A DNA stretch of 63,905 nt, filler included, from 5 parts of 5 records of this genome joined end to end with filler, not necessarily neighbours in it; one strand, 5' to 3'. Positions 1 to 9,937 are shown, counted from the first letter of the whole stretch. Notes: generated from the letters alone by a model not told the origin. Numbers and translations: made by a program.

Positions 1-3
1 CAA

Positions 4-825
4 TTGTCTGCCGACGATATCGAGAAAAAGCTTCTTGCTGCCCTTGCATCCCTTGAAAACAAGGAAGCCGAGCTTTCCGAACTGCGCGATAACAGCGAAG
101 ACAAAATTGCCGATCAGGACACCCGCATTGCGGAGCTATCCGCCCTTTTGGCATCGCGTGCGGCAGAATTGGAAGATCAGAAAAACCTGAGTGCAGAAGC
201 ACAAGCACAGGTCGCAGCACTTAATCAGCAGATGCTTGCCTTGCGTCAGCAGCTTGCCCGTATCGAGGCCGCGCTTGAAACGTCCGAGCGTGAAAACGAA
301 GATCAGGCTGCCCAGATCGTCAATCTTGGCAACCGCCTGAATGCCGCCCTTGCCACCAAGGTTGCCGAATTGCAGCGCTATCGTTCGGAATTTTTTGGTC
401 GCCTGCGCGAAGTTCTTGGTGATCGTCAGGATATCCGGGTTGTCGGGGATCGCTTTGTTTTCCAGTCCGAAGTTCTGTTTGGATCTGGCTCAGCCGATCT
501 TGGCGAAGGTGGTCAGGAACAGTTGGCCAAGCTTGGCGATACGCTCAAAACCATTTCGGCTGAAATCCCCGATGATATTGATTGGGTGATGCGGGTCGAC
601 GGGCATACCGACAAGGTGCCAATCCGCAACCTGAAATTCGCGTCAAACTGGGAACTTTCAGCCGCGCGCGCGATTTCGGTGGTTAAATTCCTGATCGACC
701 GCGGCGTTCCGCCAAATCGTCTGGTTGCCGCAGGGTTTGGTGAATACCAACCGCTTGATAACCGCGACGATGAAATCGCTTATCGCCGCAACCGACGTAT
801 CGAGTTCAAGATCACTGAACGTTGA
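4..825 (+). CDS. OmpA/MotB-family peptidoglycan-binding protein with N-terminal coiled coil (probably 5'-truncated)
   Basis: Long heptad-rich N-terminus; C-terminal OmpA-like motifs VDGHTD, NWELSAARA, RNRRIEF. Confidence 0.9.
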   Translation: MSADDIEKKLLAALASLENKEAELSELRDNSEDKIADQDTRIAELSALLASRAAELEDQKNLSAEAQAQVAALNQQMLALRQQLARIEAALETSERENEDQAAQIVNLGNRLNAALATKVAELQRYRSEFFGRLREVLGDRQDIRVVGDRFVFQSEVLFGSGSADLGEGGQEQLAKLGDTLKTISAEIPDDIDWVMRVDGHTDKVPIRNLKFASNWELSAARAISVVKFLIDRGVPPNRLVAAGFGEYQPLDNRDDEIAYRRNRRIEFKITER

Positions 826-845
826 TCTGAAATAGGTTCTTTGCG

Positions 846-877
846 AAAAACAGCCTCCGAATTCGGGGGCTGTTTTT
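846..877. terminator. Intrinsic terminator, likely bidirectional
   Basis: AAAAACAGCCTCCG-AATT-CGGGGGCTGTTTTT hairpin with A/T tracts just after the stop at 825. Confidence 0.8.
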
Positions 878-965
878 GCATCTGCCCGCACTATTTAAGG
901 TAGAATTCCATAGCCACAAGAAACATAATCACTTTGTGAAAACAAAGAACCGAACAAGGTGGGAC

Positions 966-1922
966 ATGTTTATCAAAGCATTACCAACAATCGGACTGAC
1001 ATTGTCGCTTGCAGGATGCGTCACCGGTCAGGGCACGACCGATGCCGGTGGTCGTTCGATCAGCCTCGAAAGCCGGGGAAGCTTTCAACCCCAAGAAAGC
1101 CGTTTCAACACGTTTACATTTCTCAAACCATCGCGTGAATATGTAACGGAATCAGAAGAACGCGATAACGGGCAAGGCTGGAATGAAGATGTAAAATGGG
1201 AAGATGAGCGATATTTCTTCGCCATCCAGTATATCAACACAGCTTGGTTTTCGACGCGTACCGAGGCCCGTATGCTTGAGGTCGAACAGTTTAAACGGCT
1301 TGCCAACGCTTACCAAATTGCAGATTTGAACTTTGTCCAAATTGATCAGGTTTCCCCGCGTGTTAAAGGATGGATCGCATCGAACGGGAAATGTTCAGCC
1401 GGGCTTTTTGCCAAACGTTTCAAAGGCCTGTCACCTTATGATAATGATCGCGGCGCGTCCGATGCGGTTGTCAGCTTTGCCGGATGTAGTCAATTTGCCG
1501 CCTCGGTCGAAGAAATCATGCAGGGCATTGATTTGATGACGGATGAGGAAGAAGCAAAACTTGCAGTCACATACGCCGAAATTGGCACGCTGAACGAACC
1601 CGCATCCGCCCGTACAGGCATAACAGAAGAACTTAGCGTCTTAACGGGAAGCTGGGATGGCGTTTCCGAAAGCCTGTCTGGCGACGTTCGGAAAAAGGGT
1701 GCTGCACAGATCGAATTTTCCTTCACGATCCCGGAAACCGGTGCCGATTGTGTCGGGACTGCTGTGACATCAAGCATGTCCGATCTTACCGGAACGTGGA
1801 AGCTTAGTTGCGATGACGGATCAAGTGCCGATGGCATCTGGACCAACCGCGAAACACAACCCTTCATCGCAAGCGGATCAGATAGCAAGAAACGTCCTGT
1901 ATCGTTCAAACTTCAATCCTGA
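966..1922 (+). CDS. Hypothetical lipoprotein
   Basis: ATG at 966 gives signal peptide MFIKALPTIGLTLSLAGC with lipobox LAGC; no recognised domain. Confidence 0.7.
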   Translation: MFIKALPTIGLTLSLAGCVTGQGTTDAGGRSISLESRGSFQPQESRFNTFTFLKPSREYVTESEERDNGQGWNEDVKWEDERYFFAIQYINTAWFSTRTEARMLEVEQFKRLANAYQIADLNFVQIDQVSPRVKGWIASNGKCSAGLFAKRFKGLSPYDNDRGASDAVVSFAGCSQFAASVEEIMQGIDLMTDEEEAKLAVTYAEIGTLNEPASARTGITEELSVLTGSWDGVSESLSGDVRKKGAAQIEFSFTIPETGADCVGTAVTSSMSDLTGTWKLSCDDGSSADGIWTNRETQPFIASGSDSKKRPVSFKLQS

Positions 1923-2082
1923 TCTTTGCATCCCAAAACCAGAGTTGGGCTAATGCTATGCCCCGCAGGCCATCACCTGCGGGGCTTTGGTTTTTTCTGG
2001 TGAGAACAAAGACTTCCGGGTAGGGTCGAAAATATCGCCACCCAGATCATTTTTCGCAAAAATTTGATACGCCGGAGTCCCC

Positions 2083-3258
2083 ATGCTGCGTGATATTTCG
2101 CCCCAAAGTATTTTCATGGGCCTGCTGGCAGGCTTTGTCGGATCCGCCAGTTCGTTTGCCGTTGTCTTACAGGGCCTTAATGCGGTTGGTGCAACGCCCG
2201 AACAGGCAGCATCGGGCCTGATGGCCTTATCCATCGCCATGGGCCTATGCGCCATTGTCCTGTCGCTTAAAACCCGCATGCCGATCAGCATTGCATGGTC
2301 GACCCCCGGTGCGGCATTGCTTGCAACCTCGGGTGCGGTTGAGGGCGGCTTTGGCGTTGCGGTCGGGGCCTTTATCATCTGTGCTGTTTTGATCATTATC
2401 AGTGGCGTTTGGCGCCCTTTGGGCCGTGCGGTTGCCGGTATCCCTGCCCCGCTTGCAAATGCGATGCTGGCCGGTGTGTTGCTTGGCCTGTGTCTGGCCC
2501 CGGTCAAGGCGGTTGCCTTTGATCCGATGCTTGGCCTGCCGATTGCCATTGCCTGGCTTGTGGTCGGGCGGTTTAACCGTTTGCTCGCCGTTCCCGCCGC
2601 ATTGCTGGCCTTTATTGCCGTAATGATTTTTGGCGTCGACTTCCCGGAAAATGCGCTGGCGGATTTAGGCGGTTCGATTGCACCGCCTGTCGAATTTGTC
2701 ATGCCGCATTTCACACTGGCCGGATTGGTCGGTATTGCCTTGCCGCTATTCATTGTCACCATGGCATCACAAAACATTCCGGGCACAGCTGTTTTGCGGG
2801 CCAATGATTATGACACGCCCCCCGGACCGCTTTTCACCGTTACAGGTATCTTTTCGTTGCTTTCCGCCCCGTTTGGCGGCCATGCGGTGAACCTTGCGGC
2901 CATTACCGCCGCCCTTTGCGCCGGAAAAGATGCCCATCCCGATCCTGCCAAACGCTATTGGGCAGCGGTTGCTGGCGGGGTTTTCTATATCGTGTTCGGT
3001 TTACTGGCGGGGCTTGTCGCCGCCTTTGTCAGCCTTGCGCCGGGCATTTTGATTGAAGCCGTTGCCGGTCTTGCCCTGATTGGGGCCTTTGCCGGATCAG
3101 CCGTTGCCGCCTTCAAGGATGAAGACGCCCGCGAAGCGGCAGCTGTGACCTTTATCGTCACCGCTGCTGGCCTGACTTTTTATGGAATTTCAGGGGCCTT
3201 TTGGGGATTGCTGGCAGGTGGATTGATTTATCTACTTACCCATCTTCGAAACCGATAG
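2083..3258 (+). CDS. benE: Benzoate/H+ symporter BenE family transporter
   Basis: Highly hydrophobic 391 aa; motifs AWSTPGAALL, TMASQNIPG, NLAAITAALC. Confidence 0.9.
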   Translation: MLRDISPQSIFMGLLAGFVGSASSFAVVLQGLNAVGATPEQAASGLMALSIAMGLCAIVLSLKTRMPISIAWSTPGAALLATSGAVEGGFGVAVGAFIICAVLIIISGVWRPLGRAVAGIPAPLANAMLAGVLLGLCLAPVKAVAFDPMLGLPIAIAWLVVGRFNRLLAVPAALLAFIAVMIFGVDFPENALADLGGSIAPPVEFVMPHFTLAGLVGIALPLFIVTMASQNIPGTAVLRANDYDTPPGPLFTVTGIFSLLSAPFGGHAVNLAAITAALCAGKDAHPDPAKRYWAAVAGGVFYIVFGLLAGLVAAFVSLAPGILIEAVAGLALIGAFAGSAVAAFKDEDAREAAAVTFIVTAAGLTFYGISGAFWGLLAGGLIYLLTHLRNR

Positions 3259-3266
3259 GCATTAAG

Positions 3267-3306
3267 ACAAAGAAGCCCGACGCATGATGCGCCGGGCTTC
3301 TTGTTT
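3267..3306. terminator. Intrinsic terminator between convergent benE and sulP
   Basis: AAGAAGCCCG...CGGGCTTCTT stem followed by GTTT. Confidence 0.75.
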
Positions 3307-3331
3307 GCTGATAGCTGATAGCCAATAGTCG

Positions 3332-5110
3332 TTAGCCGTTTTGCGCCGTTTTATCGGGCTCTGGCGTTTTTGGCTTAAGGATCGACACCGTTGGTTCCTT
3401 TGCAAGTGCTGTTACGGCCTCGTACTGCGACAAGAAAACCTTCCCTGTCAGTTCTTCAAGGAAATGCGCACATTTCAATCGGTCCATCACCGGGCCTTTG
3501 ACCTCGGAAAGGTGAAGGACGATCCCCATTTCATCTAGTCGATGGTTGATTGCCTCAAGTGATTCCAATGCACTTAGATCAATCTCATTGATGGCCGAAC
3601 ACATCAGAATGACGTGTTTAAGCTTTTTGTCGCCAACCACCCGATCAAGCAGGAAGTCCTCAAGAAAACGGGCATTTGCGAAATACAGGCTTTCATCAAT
3701 TCTGATGGTCAGGACGCTCGGATCTGTAACGACCTTATGACGGTTGATATTGCGAAAATGCTGCGTGTCAGGCACGAGGCCGACTTCGGCGATATGCGGG
3801 CGTGATGTTCTGTATAAGAACAGCCCAATCGACAATACCACACCTGACGTCACACCAATTTCCACCCCAAACCCAAGGGTTAAAAGAACCGTTGCCGAGA
3901 CTGCAACAAAGTCTGCTTTTGAATAACGCCAGCTGGTTTTCAGGATGCTGAAATCAACCAAGGATAACACGGCAACAATAATGGTCGCGGCAAGCGTTGC
4001 CTTTGGCAGGAAATAGACAAGCGGGGTCAGCGCCACGGCGGCAATCGCCAAACCAACGGCGGTAAAGGCACCTGCGGCCGGGGTTTGTGCCCCGGCATCA
4101 AAATTGACGACCGAGCGGGCAAAACCACCGGTAACCGGATAGCCCCCCGTAAAGGCCGCCCCGATATTGGCCGCACCTAGACCAATCAGTTCCTGATCCG
4201 GGTTGATGCGTTGACGACGCTTGGCGGCAAGGGTTTGCGCAACCGAAATCGATTCAACAAATCCAATGACCGAAATCAGGATCGCAGGCACCAGAAGGTC
4301 CGCCATCAAGGTTGGTGAAAAGTCCGGCATGGTGAGTGGCGGCAGGCTTTGGGGAACACTGCCAACGATTTTAACCCCCTTGTCGGCCAGTCCGAGATAC
4401 CAAGTGGCCGCCGTGGTCGCAAACACCGCAAAGACCGGCCCAGCCTTGGTGATGACATCGGCAGAACGTGCGCCAAGACCAAGCTTGCGCAAGGCGGGTT
4501 TAAGCCCCTTGCGCACCCAGAACAAGAACCCGGTGGCACAAGCGCCAATGATCAGGGTCGTTTGGTTGGTTTCAGGCAAATGGGCAATCAGGGAGGTGAC
4601 AATCTCCCACAGGTTATGACCGCTGGCATCCACACCCAGAATATGTTTGAGCTGACTTGCCGCGATAATCATCCCAGACGCAGTGATAAAACCGGCAATT
4701 ACCGGATGGGACAGGAAGTTGGCTAAAAACCCCAGCTTGAACACCCCCATCGCCAGCAATATCGCACCGGATAGGGCCGCAAGGGTCAGCGCGGCAAGCG
4801 CATAGCCCACGGTTCCAGTTTCTGCCAGATTGCCAATGGCAGCCGCCGTCATCAGCGACACCACCGCAACCGGCCCGACCGCAAGCGCACGACTGGTCCC
4901 GAAAATCGCATAAAGAATGATCGGCGCAATGGAGGCATATAGACCCGCTTCTGGCGGCAATCCCGCCAACAGCGCATAGGCAAGCGATTGCGGGATAAGC
5001 ATGATCGTTACAATCACCGCTGCAATCATGTCATTGCCTAAGGCCGTCTTGTCATAGTCCCGACCCCAATCAAAGATCGGGATATATTTCCTGAGAAAAT
5101 TGTGGCGCAT
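3332..5110 (-). CDS. sulP: SulP/SLC26 inorganic anion transporter with STAS domain
   Basis: PQSLAYALLAGLPP, GYPVTGGFARS, C-terminal STAS (SLYFANA, IDLSALE); start reassigned to ATG at 5110. Confidence 0.92.
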   Translation of the reverse strand: MRHNFLRKYIPIFDWGRDYDKTALGNDMIAAVIVTIMLIPQSLAYALLAGLPPEAGLYASIAPIILYAIFGTSRALAVGPVAVVSLMTAAAIGNLAETGTVGYALAALTLAALSGAILLAMGVFKLGFLANFLSHPVIAGFITASGMIIAASQLKHILGVDASGHNLWEIVTSLIAHLPETNQTTLIIGACATGFLFWVRKGLKPALRKLGLGARSADVITKAGPVFAVFATTAATWYLGLADKGVKIVGSVPQSLPPLTMPDFSPTLMADLLVPAILISVIGFVESISVAQTLAAKRRQRINPDQELIGLGAANIGAAFTGGYPVTGGFARSVVNFDAGAQTPAAGAFTAVGLAIAAVALTPLVYFLPKATLAATIIVAVLSLVDFSILKTSWRYSKADFVAVSATVLLTLGFGVEIGVTSGVVLSIGLFLYRTSRPHIAEVGLVPDTQHFRNINRHKVVTDPSVLTIRIDESLYFANARFLEDFLLDRVVGDKKLKHVILMCSAINEIDLSALESLEAINHRLDEMGIVLHLSEVKGPVMDRLKCAHFLEELTGKVFLSQYEAVTALAKEPTVSILKPKTPEPDKTAQNG

Positions 5111-5169
5111 ATTGATCTCTTCGATCTGTGTTGGCCAAAGGCAGTGATCCCGCGTTTGGCTAAACCTGT

Positions 5170-6843
5170 TTAGCTGCTTGTGACTTTCTCGGGTTTGGCC
5201 AGCCATTCCTTGCCGCGCAGCATGGCTTTCCAATAGACCGGTGGCAGAACTTTTTCCTTTAGCAACCAGGCCAGACGCGATGGCTGAGTTCCATCGATCA
5301 GCCATTTCGGGACGGAAGGCTGCAATGTGCCCCCATAACCAAATTCCGCCAGCACGATCCGGCCACGCTCCACCGTCAGCGGGCAGGACCCGTATCCGTC
5401 ATACTGGGCAACGGGGGATTTGCCATCGATATCGGCCACCAGGTTTTCGGCAACAACCGGTGCCTGTTTTCGTGCAGCAGCCGCTGTTTTGGCATTGGGT
5501 GCATTCATCACATCGCCAAGCGACCAGACATTGGTAAATGACTTGTGACGCAAAGTTGCCTGATCGACATCGACCCAACCAGCTGCATCGGCCAGCGGCG
5601 AAACGCGGATAAAGTCGGGTGCCAGCTGCGGCGGGCAGACATGGATCATGTCAAAGGACTTTTCGATGCGTTCAACCTTCTCGTCTGGTTTGGTCACTTC
5701 AAACCAAGCCTTTTTGGCCGCACCATCAATCGCCACCAGATTGTGGAAGAAATTGAGCTTTGCATCATACTTCTTCACATAGCGCTCAAGGGCCGGCACA
5801 TAGTCCTTCACCCCAAACAACACGCCACCGGCATTGCAAAAATCAATGTCGATCTTATCGATCACCCCGTTGCGAGACCAGTGATCCCCCGACAGATACA
5901 TCGCCTTTTGCGGCGCACCGGCGCATTTGATCGGCATGGGAGGCTGGGTAAAGATCGCTTTGCCTTCACGCATGGAAGACACCAGATCCCACGTGTAGGG
6001 TGCTAAATCATAACGATAGTTTGATGTCACCCCGTTCCGGCCAAGCGTTTCCACCAGACCATCAATCCGGTTCCAGTCGAGTTTAAGCCCCGGACAAACG
6101 ATCAGGCGTCCATATTTGACCACCCGGCATCCATCCAGAATGACCGCGTCATCCATTGGCTCAAACGCCCCGACGGCCGCCTTGATCCAATGAACACCTT
6201 TGGGGATCAGTGACCCCATGGTCTGTGCGGTTGAACTTGCGTCAAAGACGCCGCCGCCAACCATGGTCCAGCCCGGCTGATAATAATGAATATCAGCCGG
6301 ATCAATGACCGCAATCTCAAGCCCGGAACGACGCGCAAGTAAGCTTGATGCCACGGAAATGCCCGCGGCACCGCCGCCAATGATGACGATGTCGAATTTT
6401 GCATCGCCCTGATCGGTTGGCGTCCTGCCACCATTAACGATCCGGCGAATAACGCCGCCCATGTCATAGCCCGCAGCCTTGGTCGCGCGTAGAATTTCAC
6501 TTGTACCAAGCAGTCCAGCCTGACTAAGCGACCAAAGGGTGGTTGAACGGGTTCCCGTGCGGCAATAGGCAAAGACCGGCTTGGGCAATTCATCATACAG
6601 GCACCCGAAATCCTTGGCATCGTCATCACTGACCTTGCCCGACACAATCGGCTGGTAGCGGACTTCAAGCCCGGCTTCCTTGGCCGCTGAAGAGATTTCT
6701 TCAAAGGTCGGTTGGTCGGCACCTTCGCCGTCCGGCCGGTTGCAGACAATGGCGCGGAAACCAAGTTTGGCGATTTCCTTGACATCAGCCGGATTAATCT
6801 GCGGGCTAACGGAAAAACCGCTGCTGATTTTTTTCGTTTCCAT
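5170..6843 (-). CDS. sqr: DUF442/TIGR01244 sulfurtransferase domain fused to type II sulfide:quinone oxidoreductase
   Basis: N-terminal CNRPDGE and YCRTGTRS; FAD-binding IIGGGAAG, HYYQPGWT, KCAGAPQK, GYGSCPL; RBS GGGAGG before ATG 6843. Confidence 0.9.
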   Translation of the reverse strand: METKKISSGFSVSPQINPADVKEIAKLGFRAIVCNRPDGEGADQPTFEEISSAAKEAGLEVRYQPIVSGKVSDDDAKDFGCLYDELPKPVFAYCRTGTRSTTLWSLSQAGLLGTSEILRATKAAGYDMGGVIRRIVNGGRTPTDQGDAKFDIVIIGGGAAGISVASSLLARRSGLEIAVIDPADIHYYQPGWTMVGGGVFDASSTAQTMGSLIPKGVHWIKAAVGAFEPMDDAVILDGCRVVKYGRLIVCPGLKLDWNRIDGLVETLGRNGVTSNYRYDLAPYTWDLVSSMREGKAIFTQPPMPIKCAGAPQKAMYLSGDHWSRNGVIDKIDIDFCNAGGVLFGVKDYVPALERYVKKYDAKLNFFHNLVAIDGAAKKAWFEVTKPDEKVERIEKSFDMIHVCPPQLAPDFIRVSPLADAAGWVDVDQATLRHKSFTNVWSLGDVMNAPNAKTAAAARKQAPVVAENLVADIDGKSPVAQYDGYGSCPLTVERGRIVLAEFGYGGTLQPSVPKWLIDGTQPSRLAWLLKEKVLPPVYWKAMLRGKEWLAKPEKVTSS

Positions 6844-6866
6844 AAGTTTTCCTCCCTTTTGTGCCA

Positions 6867-7751
6867 TCAAATGCCGTTTACCGGAACTTTGAGCATTTTC
6901 TTACCGCTGGAGTCCGTCGGCACTTGGCCTGCACGCATATTAACCTGGAGGGACGGAATGATCAGACGTGGCATATCAAGTTGCGCATCACGATCGGTCC
7001 GGTATGCGATGAACTGTTCGCGGGTTTTGCCTTCGCCAACGTGGATATTGTGCTTTTTCTCGTCACCAACCGTGGTTTCCCACTGGATATCACGCCCATT
7101 CGGGCCGTAGTCGTGGCACATGAACAGACGCATATCGTTCGGCAGGGCCAAAAGTTTCTGGATACTGTCATAAAGGGTTCCGGCATCTCCGCCCGGGAAA
7201 TCGGCACGTGCGGACCCGCCATCGGGCATGAACAGGGTATCGCCAACAAAGGCGGCATTGCCCATGACATGAACCATGCAGGCAGGGGTATGGCCCGGGG
7301 TGTAAATAGCAAAGCAGGTCATGGCGCCAACCTGATAGGTGTCCCCATCTTCGAACAGGCGATCAAACTGGCTGCCATCGCGCTGGAATTCGGTGCCTTC
7401 GTTGAACACCTTGCCAAACGTGTCCTGAACAACGGTTATTTGGCTGCCTATGCCAAGCTTGCCGCCCAGCCTTTCCTGAATATAGGGCGCTGCGGATAAA
7501 TGATCGGCATGTACGTGTGTCTCAATGATCCATTCGAGTTTCAGGTCATTTTTCGTGATGAACTCGATAACCCGATCCGCATGATCAAAGGTGATACGCC
7601 CTGCTGCGTAATCAATATCCATGACGGAATCGACAACCGCGCAGGCATTGCTTTCGGGGTCCTTGACCACATAACTGATAGTGTTGGTATCTGGATCAAA
7701 GAAGGCCGTGACTTCGGGCTTCACAGACATGTTTACCGGGTATTCAAACAT
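6867..7751 (-). CDS. pdo: MBL-fold persulfide dioxygenase (PDO/Blh/ETHE1-like)
   Basis: ETHVHADHLS, TPGHTPAC, GDTLFMPDGGSARADFPGG, MCHDY; directly upstream of sqr. Confidence 0.9.
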   Translation of the reverse strand: MFEYPVNMSVKPEVTAFFDPDTNTISYVVKDPESNACAVVDSVMDIDYAAGRITFDHADRVIEFITKNDLKLEWIIETHVHADHLSAAPYIQERLGGKLGIGSQITVVQDTFGKVFNEGTEFQRDGSQFDRLFEDGDTYQVGAMTCFAIYTPGHTPACMVHVMGNAAFVGDTLFMPDGGSARADFPGGDAGTLYDSIQKLLALPNDMRLFMCHDYGPNGRDIQWETTVGDEKKHNIHVGEGKTREQFIAYRTDRDAQLDMPRLIIPSLQVNMRAGQVPTDSSGKKMLKVPVNGI

Positions 7752-7895
7752 TGAGATCCTCCTAAACAGCGTGGTCCGGAACGCCTTATTTCTGGCACGC
7801 AGCGGACAGGTTCACGATGCCCCGCAGCCGGTAATTTCACAGGCTGGAAACATCTGACTATGCTTTTCATTCTAGGAGTTCGTGAATTGAGTTCA

Positions 7896-7908
7896 GTGAC
7901 CTTGTCAC
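7896..7908. promoter_or_regulatory. Candidate Crp/Fnr-family operator upstream of pdo
   Basis: Perfect palindrome GTGAC-CTT-GTCAC between the regulator and pdo. Confidence 0.45.
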
Positions 7909-7986
7909 CAAACATCATAATATTAATATTTAATGATACTAAAATTCCAGAAACGTCTGATACGAGGGTATAATTCCGCTCTGTCT

Positions 7987-8640
7987 TCAGCTTTGGGCGA
8001 GCTTGGCGATCGGGTCGGGGTTGATCAAGCGGATGGTGCCACGGGACTGTTCAATCCACCCACGACGCTGAAATTCCGAAAGTTGCCGAGAAATAACTTC
8101 ACGTGCCGTTCCGAGTTCAACCGACAACTTCTGATGGGTGGAGAATATTGTGTCTTTTCCATCTGCAAGCTCAATCAGTTTATGCGCCAGACGGATGTCC
8201 ATCCTTTGGAATGCAATTTCTTCGATGACGAAAAACAGATCGGTAATCCGTTTGGAATAGGCCGCGAAGACAAACTGGCGGAATTCGACGGAATCCGAAA
8301 CCAGCTTGTCAAACACCATGCGCGGAATAGCGACGGCCCGTGTCTCGGTTTCAGCAATCCCCTCGGCGGAATAATCTTCATAGGCCAGTAAACAGGCTGT
8401 CGTCAAAACGCAGCTTTCGCCCGCATGAACGCGATACAAAACAATCTCGCGCCCGGCGTCAGATGTTTGCTGGACCCGAACTGTCCCGTCCAGCAATAGC
8501 AAAAGACTTTCTGGCGATTTTCCCGGCCCGAAGATCACGGTGTTGGCAGGCACCGTGACGATCTTGCTTTCCTCAAGGAGATAGGATCGGATGCCGTCGG
8601 GCAAACGCGACAGTCCCGGAAACTGATCAATCCAGCTCAA
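7987..8640 (-). CDS. Crp/Fnr family transcriptional regulator
   Basis: cNMP-like domain (GREIVLYRVHAGESCVLT) plus HTH (THQKLSVELGTAREVISRQL). Confidence 0.9.
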   Translation of the reverse strand: MSWIDQFPGLSRLPDGIRSYLLEESKIVTVPANTVIFGPGKSPESLLLLLDGTVRVQQTSDAGREIVLYRVHAGESCVLTTACLLAYEDYSAEGIAETETRAVAIPRMVFDKLVSDSVEFRQFVFAAYSKRITDLFFVIEEIAFQRMDIRLAHKLIELADGKDTIFSTHQKLSVELGTAREVISRQLSEFQRRGWIEQSRGTIRLINPDPIAKLAQS

Positions 8641-8855
8641 ACCCCGATCCCCTTATTTTGCAACCGTTGCCCATGTGGACAGCCTTAGACCAAAATATTA
8701 CATATCATTTGATGTGAAATAATACAGCCCAAAGTGCAACTGTACTTTGGGTTACGTTCTAACAGGTTATCTGTATGGTGGTGGCATCGGGTCGTAAAAA
8801 GGCAGCATCAATACACTGCCCTGATGCCTGATGATCTGCTACGTGCAAATTTCGG

Positions 8856-9302
8856 TTATTCAACCTTCATTGGCGGAATGTGCAAATTTCCCTGATCATC
8901 AAGTTGCCAAAACGGGTTAAAGGCAACTTCCCACGCGTGCCCGTCCGGATCGCGAAAATACCCGGAATATCCGCCCCAGAAAACCTTCTCGGCAGGTTTT
9001 TGAATTTTGGCCCCGGCTTTTTCAGCCTCATCCATGACAGCATCGACTTCGGCTTCATCACGCGCATTGAACGCCACTGTCAAACCGGCAAAGGTGGCAC
9101 CCGTGTCATCGTCAAACTGTCCGTCTTTGACAAGATCGGCGCGACCAAACAGGCCCAAGGCCAGCCCATTGGATAATTGATAGAAAACAACCTGTCCTTC
9201 GACCATTTCGGTCATTTTCCAGCCAAGGCCATCTTCATAGAAACGACGCGACCGATCCAAGTCGGCCACACCCAACGTAATCAGCGAAACACGTTGTTCC
9301 AT
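8856..9302 (-). CDS. VOC/glyoxalase family protein
   Basis: MEQRVSLITLGV...FWGGYSGYFRDPDGHAWEVA. Confidence 0.9.
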   Translation of the reverse strand: MEQRVSLITLGVADLDRSRRFYEDGLGWKMTEMVEGQVVFYQLSNGLALGLFGRADLVKDGQFDDDTGATFAGLTVAFNARDEAEVDAVMDEAEKAGAKIQKPAEKVFWGGYSGYFRDPDGHAWEVAFNPFWQLDDQGNLHIPPMKVE

Positions 9303-9708
9303 GCTATGCTCCTGTTCCAAAGTTGGGGTCTTACGCACCCAAAACCCGATCAACGGTATCACGGTGTTTTATCCATCCCAACAGAGACTCGATCATTCAC
9401 GAAATATCGCATCGCAATACGGGCGCAATTATATTGCGCGTAAATAAGTACCAGAATAAGTAAATATTAAGTTGACCTAACGTCAACCGATACAATCAGG
9501 CGTTTTGCACTGTACGATGCGAGTTCGTTTTGAAAAAAGGTCAGTATTCATTACCATTCTGGAAGCTCGTTGGTGTCGTGGTCCCGCAAATCACCCACCA
9601 ACATAATACAGGTCATACCGAAACACTGCCCCCGCACCCATATCTATAAAAGCAGTGTATGAGGCCAAAACTGACCCGCATATCAGAGAGATCCAAGGGA
9701 GACCGGTC

Positions 9709-9837
9709 ATGGCACAATTGGCGGCAATTCGTCTGGACGACAAATACACCCTTGAAGAAGGTCGGGTTTACCTGACAGGTATTCAGGCGCTTGTGCGCCT
9801 GCCGCTTATGCAGCGCCAGCTTGACGCGCGCGCAGGG
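9709..9837 (+). CDS. Indolepyruvate ferredoxin oxidoreductase family protein, N-terminal fragment cut by contig end
   Basis: LDDKYTLEEGRVYLTGIQALVRLPLMQ matches the typical N-terminus of this family; RBS GGGAG. Confidence 0.8.
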
Positions 9838-9937
9838 NNNNNNNNNNNNNNNNNNNNNNNNNNNNNNNNNNNNNNNNNNNNTTAATTAATTAANNNNNNN
9901 NNNNNNNNNNNNNNNNNNNNNNNNNNNNNNNNNNNNN
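9838..9937. other. Artificial contig spacer
   Basis: N44-TTAATTAATTAA-N44 (stops in all six frames). Confidence 0.99.

Noticed and set aside
5111-5305. N-terminal extension of SulP in the ORF track (similar extensions at 876, 20126, 27814, 29595, 44575, 54524 and 54692)
   Set aside because: The extensions overlap neighbouring genes or lack family similarity; downstream starts with an RBS or signal peptide fit better.
8726-8753. Hairpin between the Crp gene and the VOC gene
   Set aside because: Probably an ordinary terminator or stability hairpin with no clear U-tract; not distinctive.
9882-9893. TTAATTAATTAA palindrome repeated four times in the window
   Set aside because: Always centred in N-runs; an artificial linker, not a biological repeat.
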